A stretch of DNA of 64,000 nt from the NCBI GenBank assembly GCA_963712745.1, contig CAVQJC010000010.1, positions 1-64,000 of the forward strand, written 5' to 3'. The notes beneath the pieces were generated by a model, which made no database searches, was not told the DNA's origin, and worked only from the letters and a program-made list of their open reading frames with translations. Shown here one piece after another: positions 1-10,181 of this stretch. Position 1 is the first letter of the stretch. Every line of letters begins with the position of its first letter. This stretch comes from an uncultured Chloroflexia bacterium (GTDB lineage: Bacteria; Chloroflexota; Limnocylindria; Limnocylindrales; CSP1-4). The translations under genes were made by a program, and so were the position numbers.

Positions 1-360
1 ACGTCGCCTCGGCCTGGGAGCCCAGGGTGCGCCGATCCTGATGGGACTGATCGCGGGTCTGGCCATGGCGCTGGGCCCTTGGGGTGAGTCGGGTCGGTGT
101 CACCTGTGCTGGCGCGCTGCCGTCTGACGGCGTGGACAGCATATCCGCACCACCGAGCCTGCGTTGGCAGTCGCACGCACTGGAGCGAGCGACGCGGATG
201 GAGCATCTGGGCGGGCATCGCCGGAACATGCCAGCGCGGCGTCGTCGAGATGGCCTGCGGCGTCGGAGGCTGGCCGGTCTGCGGTTACCATGGCTCCCGA
301 TCGCGGATCGCTGGGCGGCGTGTCTCGCCCGGGCGGGTCGGCGTCAGCAGAGGAGTGACC

Positions 361-2086
361 GTGTCCGGACAGGCGGCTGATGCCAAGGCACCCTCGGGGC
401 TGGCCCGAATGCTGCCCATCCTGGCGTGGGCACCTCGCTACCAACGAAGCTGGCTTCGCCCTGACCTGATCGCCGGTGTCACCGTTTCGGCGTTGGTGGT
501 GCCCAAGTCCCTGGGGTACGCCAGCATCGCCGGGGTCTCCATCCAGCACGGCCTCTACGCGGCGGCGGCCGGGGCCATCATCTACGCCCTCTTCGGGACC
601 TCGCGACAGATCGCGACAGGCCCGAGCTCCGCCTTGGCAGCCATCGCGGCCGGGGTGCTGGTCACCGCGGGGATCGCGGTGGGGGGTGACGAGGCCGTCC
701 AGATGGTGGCCGCGATCACGATCGGGGCCGGCCTCCTCTACGTGCTCCTGTCCATCCTGCGGATGGGATGGATCTCGCACTTCCTCTCGAAGGCCGTGAT
801 CACAGGGTTCCTCTTCGGAGCCGCGATCGAGGTCGTGGTCGGGGAGCTGCCCAAGATCACCGGCACCCAGATCGACGGTTCGAACGCCTGGCAGAAGCTG
901 GGTAGCTGGATGGAGGGCCTCTCGGGAACCGACGCGCTCACCCTGCTGGTGGGCGCGGCAGCACTGGTCCTCATCTTCGGCCTCAGGTTCGTGGCCCCAC
1001 GGGTACCAGGAGCCCTGGTCCTGGTCATCGTCGGCCTGCTCGCCTCGTTCATCTTCGGCCTCGGCGATCGTGGGGTGTCTCTCATCGGTGATGTCCCACG
1101 CGGATTGCCGACGATCGCCCTGCCCGACCTGCAATTCATCATCGACAACATCGGCGTCATCGCCACGGCATCGTTCGGCCTTCTCGTCATCGGCTTCTCA
1201 CAGACCGCCGGGGACGCCCGGACGTTCGCCTCCAAGCACCGCTACCCGGTGGACATCGACCAGGAATCGCTGGCCCAGGGCGCCAGCAATCTGGGCGCCG
1301 GGCTGCTGCAGGGAATCCCGGTGTCCACCAGCCTCTCCTCCAGCTCGCTTGCGGACCAGTCCGGCGCCAAGTCGCAGATGGCTTCGCTCACTACCGGCGG
1401 TGTGGTGGTGCTGACCCTGCTCGTTCTGGCGCCTCTCTTCTCCGACCTTCCCAACGCCGTGCTGGCGGCCATCATCATCGAAGCGGTGGTCATGGGCATG
1501 ATGGATGTCCCAGCCATGCGACGTCTCTACCGCGTTAACCGGCCCGACTTCTGGATCGCACTGGCCGCCATCCTCGGGGTCTTGGGGGCCGGAGTCCTGG
1601 CCGGTGTCGTCATCGGCGTCGCCCTCTCGCTGCTGCTGCTGATCTATGCGGCGGCTTCACCACGCATGCCCGAACTCGGGCGCCGACGCGGCAGCCAGGC
1701 ATTCGTCAGCCTCGATGCCTTCCCCGATAGCGAGACCTTCCCGGGCGTGCTGGTGCTGCGTTTCGACAGCGACCTCTACTACGCGACATCCGACGCCCTC
1801 CAGGACGGGATCCGCGAACAAGGTCCTCGATGCACAGCCGCCACTCCACGCCGTCGTGCTCGACCTCGAAGGGGTCGACTTCGTCGATTCCCAGGGCACG
1901 GAAGCCGTGGGCAAGCTCCTCGACCTTGGTGGTGCGGCCGGTATCGAGCTGCGGCTCGCGCGTGTCAAGGGCCCGGTGGCCGAGATGCTCGAGCGCGACG
2001 GTGTCATCGCTCGTCTGGGCGAGGGGCGCGTCTTCGCCACCGTCTACGAGGCGGTGGCTGATCTCATCCCGCGGGAAGCCAGCTGA
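361..2086 (+). CDS. SulP family anion transporter with C-terminal STAS domain (apparent frameshift near 1818)
   Basis: SulP motifs DLIAGVTV..VPKSLGYA and GLYAA..IYALFGTSR. The STAS part (VVLDLEGVDFVDSQG) continues in ORF 1646..2086. AGGAG RBS precedes the GTG at 361. Confidence 0.88.
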
Positions 2087-2228
2087 GCACTGCCCGTCAG
2101 CGACCTCCAGACAACGACGAGGGCCCCGAAGCGATGATCGCAATCGGGGCCCTTGCACACCCGCGACACGAGGCGCGGACCGGGATCGGCCACGCGCCCT
2201 CGCGCCAGGGCTGGTCAGCTGGCTTCGG

Positions 2229-2846
2229 TCAGGAAGCCTGCTTGGCGGCCTCGGTGATGGCCTTGGCAGACTTGTCCGAGACACCGGCGCTGCGGACCTT
2301 GGTGGCCGCCGGCATGGCCTGCTTGACGGTGTCGACATCGGCCGCGCTGGTCAGCGCGATGATGCCCGACTCGTTGGGCCCGAGGGCCCCGGCGAGGGCG
2401 TCGCCGACCTCGGACTTGTGGAGCTCGTTGCGGAGCTTGCCGAGCACGCCACCGAAGGCGCCGGTCGCGACCGCGCTCGCGATGATGGTGGGCGGAAAGA
2501 GCACGCCGAGCACGATGCCACCGACGACGCCCCACTTGAGGCCGGTCTTGGTGCTGTGGTCGGTCATCTGCTGGATCTTGACGCTGCCCTGGTCATCGGT
2601 CTTGATGACCAGCACGCCGTCGACGTTGACGGTGCCCGCCGCCTCGGCATCCCGGAGGGCCTGGTACGTGGCCTCCGCGGAGGTGGTGTCGGAGAAGGCC
2701 GCCACCACGACCGCGTAGTCGTAGTCGGTGACCACCGCGCCGACCGCGGCGTCGCCGGCGTCGTCGCCGATCGCGCCCACGACCATGGCTCCGGTGTCGT
2801 CCGCCGCACCTGCGACCACTTCGGCCGCGTTCACATCATCAGTCAT
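2229..2846 (-). CDS. DUF1269-like membrane protein
   Basis: VVAAF..A..AYQAL, DGVLVIKTDDQGSVKI, Gly-rich TM pair GGIVLGVLFPP, and L.PNESGIIAL pattern. Confidence 0.7.
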   Translation of the reverse strand: MTDDVNAAEVVAGAADDTGAMVVGAIGDDAGDAAVGAVVTDYDYAVVVAAFSDTTSAEATYQALRDAEAAGTVNVDGVLVIKTDDQGSVKIQQMTDHSTKTGLKWGVVGGIVLGVLFPPTIIASAVATGAFGGVLGKLRNELHKSEVGDALAGALGPNESGIIALTSAADVDTVKQAMPAATKVRSAGVSDKSAKAITEAAKQAS

Positions 2847-3125
2847 GGTTCTTGTTTCTCCTCAGAAGTGGCTAGCTGTTGTCTCCACGCGACAGTCAGC
2901 ACGCGTGAACGGTCAAGAAACACTGGACGACTTTAGTATGAACCATGTGGGTCTTTCCCGGCGATAGTCGCGAGCGGGTCCTCGTCAGCGAGCTGCCGAA
3001 CGCCCACACCTTCTTCTACCAGCTCCTCGAGAACGTCGAGGAGCTCTAGCTCCAGCGCCTTCCGTGACGGCGCCATGTTCCAGTCGCGTTGCTGGCGGCG
3101 GCTGTCGCGTATCAGAAGGAGGACG

Positions 3126-4148
3126 ATGCCTGGTCTCCCTCAGGGCATTCTCGAACTTGACCTTGATGCTGTCGACCTGGACAAAGGACTACGCGGTCTT
3201 GCGGCGATCGGCGTCAGCGTCATCTTCGTGGCCGCGTTCGGCACGGTCGGGGTGACGGCGGGCCTGGCCGCGCTCTTCGTCATCGTCGCAGATAGCCCGG
3301 GACGCCCCCGTGATCGCACGGTGGGAGTCCTTGTCGTCACCCTCGTCGGCTCGGCCATCGCGCTCATCGGCACGTGGGCCGGCACGACCCACTTCCTTGT
3401 AGCGGCGACACTGATCTTCATCATTACGGTCGCCGGCACCATCAGCGCCGGCCTGGGCCGATCGTGGGCCATCCGTGGGCTGTTGCTCTCGATCTGGGCG
3501 GTGATCGCTCTCGCACTCGCGGGCGAGGAACAGGCTGCCATAGGACTTGCGATGGCATTTGCGCTCGGCGGCATGTTCGCTGCAGCCATCCTCCTGGTCA
3601 CCGGTCGCAACACACCTCAAGTGTCGATCGAGGTCGAGGCCAGCGCGGCGACACGAACGCTCGAGAGCATCATCCACTCTCCCCTCGGCTGGTTCGCTGT
3701 CCTGCGGGGTGGTGCGGTCGGTATCGCCGTCCCGCTCGGCGCATGGCTATTCCCGGACCACCCGGTCTGGGCCGCGCTGACGGTCCTCCTGGTGCTGCGG
3801 CCTGCCGTCGGTGAGACGGTCAGGGTCGGGGTCCAGCGAACGCTCGGGACGATCGCCGGCGTCCTCCTCGCGGAGGGAATGATCATCCTGGGCGACGGCT
3901 CCGATGTGGTCCTCCTGGCCGCCCTCCTGGCCGCGGCGTTTGCCATGACTGCCCTCCAGAGTGTCAACTACGCCGTCTTCGTCCTGTTGCTGACGGCTGT
4001 GCTGGTGCTCACGCAGGAGTTGCTCGGGTTGTCAGCTCAGGCGACCGCCAGCGACCGACTGCTGGCTACGATCCTTGGGGCGCTGATCGCCTTCGGCGGC
4101 ATCGCCTTCGCCTATCTCATCCAGCGTCGAGCCATCGCGAGCGACTAG
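3126..4148 (+). CDS. FUSC-family (aromatic acid exporter-like) inner membrane protein
   Basis: HPVWAALTVLLVLRP...QRTLGTIAG and DRLLATILGA motifs; AAGGAGGA RBS. Confidence 0.8.
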   Translation: MPGLPQGILELDLDAVDLDKGLRGLAAIGVSVIFVAAFGTVGVTAGLAALFVIVADSPGRPRDRTVGVLVVTLVGSAIALIGTWAGTTHFLVAATLIFIITVAGTISAGLGRSWAIRGLLLSIWAVIALALAGEEQAAIGLAMAFALGGMFAAAILLVTGRNTPQVSIEVEASAATRTLESIIHSPLGWFAVLRGGAVGIAVPLGAWLFPDHPVWAALTVLLVLRPAVGETVRVGVQRTLGTIAGVLLAEGMIILGDGSDVVLLAALLAAAFAMTALQSVNYAVFVLLLTAVLVLTQELLGLSAQATASDRLLATILGALIAFGGIAFAYLIQRRAIASD

Positions 4149-4194
4149 TTGCGAGTCTCGGAACCGGACGTCACGCCCACGCGCTCAGCTTCGG

Positions 4195-5601
4195 CTAGCG
4201 CGTCGTATCAGCCTTCAGCTGACCATCATCGACTGCTTGCCTGAAGGCGACGTAGTCATCCAGGTTCTGTTTCGCATATCGCTCAGCGAACTTGGCGACT
4301 GCCCGATCGAACGCGTCACCCGTGCCGAGGTATCCGGCTATGGCAACGGCATCCCCAGTCCGTGCGTGGGCATGGGCGAGCGTCCAGCCGCACAGGCTGG
4401 CGTAGCGGGCGAGCGCGCCGACCGACGCGTTCTCGATGTCGGCTGATGCCTTTCCGTCTCGGAGCTGACGGAAGTAGTAGTCACGCCCACCGATGCGCGC
4501 CCAGCCGAGGAAGCTGTCACTGACGGCCTGCATGAAGCGCTGGCCCTCCACCACGCGCTGGCCCTGGTGGGCATAGACACTGGGCCTGAGGAACTCGGCC
4601 AGCACGGAAACCGAAGCCTCCTTGAACTGGAGGAAGAGCGGATCGTCCGTCCCTCGGCCCTCGAGCAGGACGATCAGGCAGCGTGTGCCGACGCTGCCGA
4701 CGCCGACGACCTTGACCGCCACGTCCACGGGATGGAAGCGATCGAGCAGCCGCCTGTGAGCGTCGTCGAGACTGGCCAGGTACTGCTCGTAGCCGGCCCA
4801 TAGATCCTCGCTCAGGGCCTTGGGGGCATACGTTCTGGGCAGATCGCGGAGGGGGAGCAGGACTGGTGGGTCGCTCTTGATGCGGTATGTGCCGTCGACC
4901 TCGATGGCAAGCCTGGATAGGGCCTGCAGGCTGTCGCGTGAGCGGACCCTGGCTGCTTCGGCGGTGGCTCGCCGACGCACCTTCGCGCTCTCTTGCGCAG
5001 ACAGCGCCTGCTGCAGCTCCTCCACGTCCAGGTGTGCGTACCAGGCCTCCAGCGTGCGCATGCCCGCGAACCTGGTGGTGGCTTCTCGGTAGCTGCTGAC
5101 TGCGGCCCGCGCCAGGTCCCGGCATGTGGACTGGTCAAAGCCCCGGTGTTGGCCAGCGATGACGAAGCTCGTCGCAAGGCGCTTGACGTCCCACTCCCAC
5201 GGGCCAGTGAGCGTCTCGTCGAAGTCGTTGACATCAAAGACGAGGCGACGCTCGGGCGACGCGTAGACACCGAAGTTCGAGAGATGGGCATCGCCGCAGA
5301 CCTGGACATCGAGTCCGCAGACGGGAGTGCCCGCGAGATCGGCGGCCATGAGCCTGGCGGCGCCACGGTAGAAGGCGAAGGGTGACGCCACCATCCGGCC
5401 ACGCCGCACGGGCACGAGCCAGGGGAGCCGGCCGTCGTTCTGCTCCTCGATCAGCGCGAGGGGGTCGCGGCGGTCCCGAGCCGCGGACCAGGTGGCATGG
5501 CTGGATCGTGGAGTCTGCGCACGCAATGACTTGCCGTGTGCTCCCCGCTCGGCCACGCTCGCACGCCCTGCGTCTCCTGGGAGTATGTGTGCCATCGTCA
5601 T
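4195..5601 (-). CDS. DUF2252 domain protein (kinase-like fold)
   Basis: RMVASPFAFYRG, CGDAHLSNFG, FDVNDFDE, PWEWDVKRL and KVVGVGSVGTRC motifs. Confidence 0.9.
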   Translation of the reverse strand: MTMAHILPGDAGRASVAERGAHGKSLRAQTPRSSHATWSAARDRRDPLALIEEQNDGRLPWLVPVRRGRMVASPFAFYRGAARLMAADLAGTPVCGLDVQVCGDAHLSNFGVYASPERRLVFDVNDFDETLTGPWEWDVKRLATSFVIAGQHRGFDQSTCRDLARAAVSSYREATTRFAGMRTLEAWYAHLDVEELQQALSAQESAKVRRRATAEAARVRSRDSLQALSRLAIEVDGTYRIKSDPPVLLPLRDLPRTYAPKALSEDLWAGYEQYLASLDDAHRRLLDRFHPVDVAVKVVGVGSVGTRCLIVLLEGRGTDDPLFLQFKEASVSVLAEFLRPSVYAHQGQRVVEGQRFMQAVSDSFLGWARIGGRDYYFRQLRDGKASADIENASVGALARYASLCGWTLAHAHARTGDAVAIAGYLGTGDAFDRAVAKFAERYAKQNLDDYVAFRQAVDDGQLKADTTR

Positions 5602-5756
5602 CCTTCCTTCCCCACTCCTCGCCGACTGACCGGGATCGCACGAATGGTCGCGAGGGTCGATCTTCCCAGAAGCTAGGCTTGCGGCACTCGATGGCCATCG
5701 GGCCAACCATGTCACAAGCCGCGCCAGCCGTCAGTCGATGAGGAGGACCCTGATTG

Positions 5757-6815
5757 ATGACAAGTGACTCGACACCCCGGTCGGGCGCGGCCTCTCGCAA
5801 CGTGACCCCGACGGGGAGGCTCGGCTTTCGTGGCCGGCAGGCGACGCCCGAGGAACGGGCACTCATCCTCGACGAGTTCTTCTTCGAGGGTGACCAACGC
5901 CAGCCGTACCTGATCCAGTTCGTCATCCTGATGGTGCTCTCGGCGGGGATCGCCGGCTTCGGCCTGGCCAACGACAGTGCTGCGGTCGTCATCGGGGCCA
6001 TGCTGGTGGCACCGTTGATGACGCCGATCCTCGCGACCTCTGCGGCCATCGTCCAGGGTTGGCTCGAGCGGACCGCCACGTCGCTCGCCATCGTCGTGGT
6101 CGGATCCCTGGTCGCGATCGGGGTGGGGTTGATCGTCGCATGGCTGACCGCGCGGCTATCGACCGGTGCTCCGCTGCCGGGTGAGCTGCTGGCACGGACC
6201 AGCCCGAACCTGGGCGACCTCTCCATCGCCGTCCTCGCAGGTGTGGCGGGCGCCTTCGTGTCCGTCCGCAGCGAGGCCAGCTCGGCGTTGCCGGGCGTAG
6301 GTATCGCGGTCGCGCTGGTGCCACCGCTCGCGACCATCGGCATGAGCATCGGCCTCGGGCAGCTCGACCTTGCGATCGGCGCAACACTCCTCTACCTCAC
6401 GAACCTGGTGGGCGTCATCCTCGCGGCATCGATCGTCTTCACGCTCGCCGGCTTCGCGGCATTCGCAGAAGCGACGACGTTGCGCGTCAGGCGGCGGACG
6501 ACCGCCGTCGCACTCGGCGCACTGGTCCTGGTCGGTCTTCCCCTGCTGTGGCAATCGCAACGCCTCTACGAGGAAGGCCGGACCCAGGCCACCGTCACGC
6601 GCATCGTCGATGACTGGTCGTCTGGTCAGTACCTTGTCGACATCAGTATCGATCGGCAGGATGACTCGACTCACGTCACCGTCGGCGTGGTAGGAACGGA
6701 GCCGCCACCCGACAGCAGCAGCCTCGCGACGTTGCTCGCGGCTGAACTACGCACGGACGTGGTCGCGGGCGTGACGTTCACCGCCCTTGATGAGGCCACG
6801 GCCGACTCTCCCTAG
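5757..6815 (+). CDS. DUF389 / TIGR00341-type hydrophobic membrane protein
   Basis: DSAAVVIGAMLVAPLMTPI, ARTSPNL.DL.IA and LPGVGIAVALVPPL motifs. Confidence 0.88.
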   Translation: MTSDSTPRSGAASRNVTPTGRLGFRGRQATPEERALILDEFFFEGDQRQPYLIQFVILMVLSAGIAGFGLANDSAAVVIGAMLVAPLMTPILATSAAIVQGWLERTATSLAIVVVGSLVAIGVGLIVAWLTARLSTGAPLPGELLARTSPNLGDLSIAVLAGVAGAFVSVRSEASSALPGVGIAVALVPPLATIGMSIGLGQLDLAIGATLLYLTNLVGVILAASIVFTLAGFAAFAEATTLRVRRRTTAVALGALVLVGLPLLWQSQRLYEEGRTQATVTRIVDDWSSGQYLVDISIDRQDDSTHVTVGVVGTEPPPDSSSLATLLAAELRTDVVAGVTFTALDEATADSP

Positions 6816-7093
6816 CTGGCCAAGAACCTCAGTCGCCGGTCAGCCAGGTGCCGAAGATCGCCAGGATCAGACCGAGCACGACGTGACCGGCGAAGTTCGC
6901 GATCAGGAAATGTCGGAAGCCCATACCCATGGAGCCGGCGGTGATCGACGCGAACGTGGTGAACGGGTTCGGCAACGCTGAGAGCGAGAAGATGGTGTCC
7001 CCGGGACACGAGCCAGGGGATGACGACGGCACCGCGGACGAGCCCGAAGAGGTAGCAGGCGGCGCCGAAGACGACGAACTCGAGGGGGCTCAC
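6812..7093 (-). pseudogene. Fragment of a DedA/VTT (SNARE-associated)-like membrane protein
   Basis: Two overlapping hydrophobic frames; the second reads FSLSALPNP..FASITAGSMGMGFRHFLIANFAG. Incomplete and frameshifted. Confidence 0.45.
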
Positions 7094-7319
7094 GGCAGCG
7101 GCCGCGACGGCCGAGCCGATGATCCCGGCCCGGCCCGACGCGAGAGGAGGAGGGGAGGACGTCCGTGCACGTCCCCGGTCTACGGGGCGGTCAGGCCGGC
7201 GTCAAGCGAGGCATCGTACGGGTGCTCGAGAAGTCGAACGGATGTCGGATGTGGCATGCGCGCTACCACTGCGCGACACCCCGACGAGTCCGTGCGTGGT
7301 CATAGAGGACGAGTCAGCA

Positions 7320-7583
7320 TCAGCTCCCTGAAGGTGGTCTTCGCGGCTGACAGGCCGCTCGTGGTGGCACGTCGCCGGCGAGGCATCTCGTACCCAGCCA
7401 ATACGCCGCCTGCGCCGCGTTCAGGCATCCCGTCCGCCGGTAGAGCCCTGACAGATGCTGTCGCACCGTCGTCTCGCTGATGCCGAGCTCGTATGCGGCT
7501 GCCGCCACCGAGCCCGCCCGGATGTACACCCGCAGGCCCTCGAGCTGGCGCCGCATGGGACGTTGGCGGACGGGAACAGCCAT
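7320..7583 (-). CDS. Small LuxR-type HTH protein, possibly a relic
   Basis: RQLEGL....GSVAAAAYELGISETTVRQHLSGLYRRTGCLNAAQA matches the LuxR C-terminal HTH pattern. Confidence 0.6.
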   Translation of the reverse strand: MAVPVRQRPMRRQLEGLRVYIRAGSVAAAAYELGISETTVRQHLSGLYRRTGCLNAAQAAYWLGTRCLAGDVPPRAACQPRRPPSGS

Positions 7584-7813
7584 CAAGCGCTCGTGGTCAC
7601 GGCCAACCGCGGCACGGACGTCGTCCGAGTGACGTTCTCGAGCACGAATCGAGGCCGGAACCGCAGGTGGGCCAAGCTGGCGCGACCCCTCTCGCCCCGA
7701 CCAGGCTCCCGTTCCTCGCGCCGGAATGGTCCGGGAGGGGAGGCTGCACCAAGCCGGGCCGGCCGTGAGCACGACACACCATCGTCTCGGCGAGTGACCT
7801 GCTGGTCATCGTC

Positions 7814-7822
7814 TGCTATCGT
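7814..7822 (+). promoter_or_regulatory. Extended -10 promoter for tRNA-Val
   Basis: TG-C-TATCGT lies 10 nt before the tRNA 5' end. Confidence 0.5.
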
Positions 7823-7832
7823 TTCACCTCTC

Positions 7833-7909
7833 GGGCGGCTAGCTCAGCTGGTTAGAGCACTTGCTTGACATGCAAGAGGTCACTGGTTCGAGTCCAGTGT
7901 CGCCCACCA
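7833..7909 (+). tRNA. tRNA-Val(GAC)
   Basis: GGGCGGC/GTCGCCC acceptor stem, D-arm AGCTCAGCTGGTTAGAGC, anticodon arm CTTGC-TTGACAT-GCAAG, T-loop GGTTCGAGTCC, encoded CCA. Confidence 0.97.
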
Positions 7910-7975
7910 TCCACCCCCCTGGGTGACCCGCCACGGTCGAGCCTGTCCGGCCCAACCGGAGCGAGGAGACCAGCG

Positions 7976-10129
7976 ATCGCAACGCCTGACTACCGCGCCC
8001 CGCTGACCGCACCACCAGCCCGGTCCGGCAAGCCCTACCCGCTAGGTGTGCAGGTCGACGGCTACGGCGCGAACTTCAGCGTCTTCTCACGCATCGCCGA
8101 GCGAGTCGAGCTCTGCCTCTTCGACAAGGCCGGACGCGAGACGCGGATCGACCTGCCGGAGATGACCGGTTTCGTGTGGCATGGCTACCTGCCGGGTGTG
8201 GGCCACGGACAGCGCTACGGGTATCGCGTCTATGGACCATGGGACCCTGCGAACGGGCTGCGCTGCAACCCCAACAAGCTGCTGCTCGACCCATACGCTC
8301 GCGCCATCGATGGGCCGATCCGCTGGGGTGATGCCATCCACGCGCACGTGCCGGGCCACCCCTTCCTGATGCAGACCAGCGACAGCGCGCCTCACGTGCC
8401 CCGGTCGGTCGTGGTCGACTCGACGTTCGACTGGAGCGACGACGTCCGTCCCCTCGTGCCCGACACCGAGACGGTCATCTACGAGACTCACGTCAAGGGC
8501 TTCACCGTGACGCATCCCGGCGTTCCGCCGGAGCTGCGCGGAACCTATGCCGGCCTGGCGCATCCGGCCGCAGTGGAGCACCTGGTCTCCCTGGGCGTCA
8601 CCTCGGTCGAGCTGCTGCCCGTCCATCAGTTCGTACATGACGGCTTCCTGCGTGAGCGCGGCCTGCGCAACTACTGGGGCTACAACTCCATCGGCTTCTT
8701 CGCACCTCATGACGAGTACGCGGCAACGGGTACGTCCGGGCAGCAGGTCGATGAGTTCAAGACGATGGTCAAGGCCCTCCACGCCGCCGGCCTGGAGGTC
8801 ATCCTCGACGTCGTCTACAACCACACCGGTGAGGGCAGCCACCGCGGCCCGATGCTGTCGCTGCGAGGGCTGGACAACCCGGCCTATTACCGGGTCCGGC
8901 CCGAGAACCCGCGCCACTACACGGACTTCACCGGGACCGGCAACTCGCTCAATATGCGCGAGCCCTTCGTACTCCAGCTGATCATGGACAGCCTGCGCTA
9001 CTGGATCACGGAGATGCACGTCGACGGCTTCCGCTTCGACCTGGCGTCGACGCTGGCCCGGGAATCGGACCAGGTCGATCGCAACAGCGCATTCTTCGAC
9101 ATCGTCCAGCAAGACCCGGTCATCCGCTCCGTCAAGCTCATCGCCGAACCATGGGATGTGGGCGAGGGTGGCTACCAGGTGGGCAACTTCCCACCCATCT
9201 GGGCAGAGTGGAACGGCCGCTATCGCGATGAGGTTCGCGACCTGTGGCGGGGCCAGCCGGACATGCTCCACGCCTTCGGCCGCCGGTTCACCGGCAGTGC
9301 CGATCTGTACGCCGATGAGGCGCGCACGCCAGCCGCCAGCATCAACCTGGTCACCGCGCACGACGGCTTCACGCTGGCCGACCTCGTCAGCTATGACCAC
9401 AAGCACAACCACGCCAACGGCGACGGCAATCGCGATGGCGAGTCGGACAACCGTTCCTGGAACTGCGGCTTCGAGGGTCCCACCGATGATCCCCAGATCC
9501 TGGCCCTGCGCACCCGCCAGCAGCGCAACCTCCTGGCCACGCTGCTCCTGTCGCAGGGTGTGCCCATGCTCCTCGGCGGCGACGAGATCGGTCGCTCCCA
9601 GCTGGGCAACAACAACGGCTACTGCCACGACTCTGAGCTCTCCTGGTTCGACTGGGAGGCAGTCGATCTGGAGATGCTCGAGTTCACCCGGCGCCTCATC
9701 GCGCTCCGTCGGTCGCACCCGGTGTTCCGACGCAGCCACTGGTTCCGCGTGGGGGTACCGGGCGACGCCAGCGAGGATGAGCCCCGAGACATCGAATGGT
9801 GCCGACCTGATGGCGGACGCATGCGGGACGGGGACTGGCACATCGAAGGGGCCGCAGCCATCGCCGTCTACCTCTCCGGCCGGCACCTGGTTGACCGCGA
9901 CGGCGCAGCCCTCGACGACGACTCGTTCTACCTCGCACTGAACGCCACGGCCACGCCCATGGAGTTCCGCCTGCCCGACGGCTGGCTGGGCGGAGCCTGG
10001 GCATATGTCCTCGACACCGCCCTGGACGATCCCTTCTCAGCCCGCCCGGGCGAGGTCTGCCGCGCCGCCGAGCCCGTCACGCTGGTCGAGCATTCGCTCG
10101 TGCTGGCCCGCCATATCGAGGACGTCTGA
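7976..10129 (+). CDS. glgX: Glycogen debranching enzyme GlgX (start uncertain)
   Basis: GKPYPLG, NPNKLLLDPYA, NYWGYN, DVVYNHT, DGFRFDLA, IAEPWD and TAHDGFTL.D motifs. Confidence 0.95.
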   Translation: MATPDYRAPLTAPPARSGKPYPLGVQVDGYGANFSVFSRIAERVELCLFDKAGRETRIDLPEMTGFVWHGYLPGVGHGQRYGYRVYGPWDPANGLRCNPNKLLLDPYARAIDGPIRWGDAIHAHVPGHPFLMQTSDSAPHVPRSVVVDSTFDWSDDVRPLVPDTETVIYETHVKGFTVTHPGVPPELRGTYAGLAHPAAVEHLVSLGVTSVELLPVHQFVHDGFLRERGLRNYWGYNSIGFFAPHDEYAATGTSGQQVDEFKTMVKALHAAGLEVILDVVYNHTGEGSHRGPMLSLRGLDNPAYYRVRPENPRHYTDFTGTGNSLNMREPFVLQLIMDSLRYWITEMHVDGFRFDLASTLARESDQVDRNSAFFDIVQQDPVIRSVKLIAEPWDVGEGGYQVGNFPPIWAEWNGRYRDEVRDLWRGQPDMLHAFGRRFTGSADLYADEARTPAASINLVTAHDGFTLADLVSYDHKHNHANGDGNRDGESDNRSWNCGFEGPTDDPQILALRTRQQRNLLATLLLSQGVPMLLGGDEIGRSQLGNNNGYCHDSELSWFDWEAVDLEMLEFTRRLIALRRSHPVFRRSHWFRVGVPGDASEDEPRDIEWCRPDGGRMRDGDWHIEGAAAIAVYLSGRHLVDRDGAALDDDSFYLALNATATPMEFRLPDGWLGGAWAYVLDTALDDPFSARPGEVCRAAEPVTLVEHSLVLARHIEDV

Positions 10130-10181
10130 CCCTGCGCATACGCATCGGGTACGCTGCCCGCGCGATGGCAGGGGAGCGTTG

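Noticed and set aside
7865-7975. Called 5' extension of glgX starting at 7865
   Set aside because: It overlaps tRNA-Val, so the true start must be downstream.
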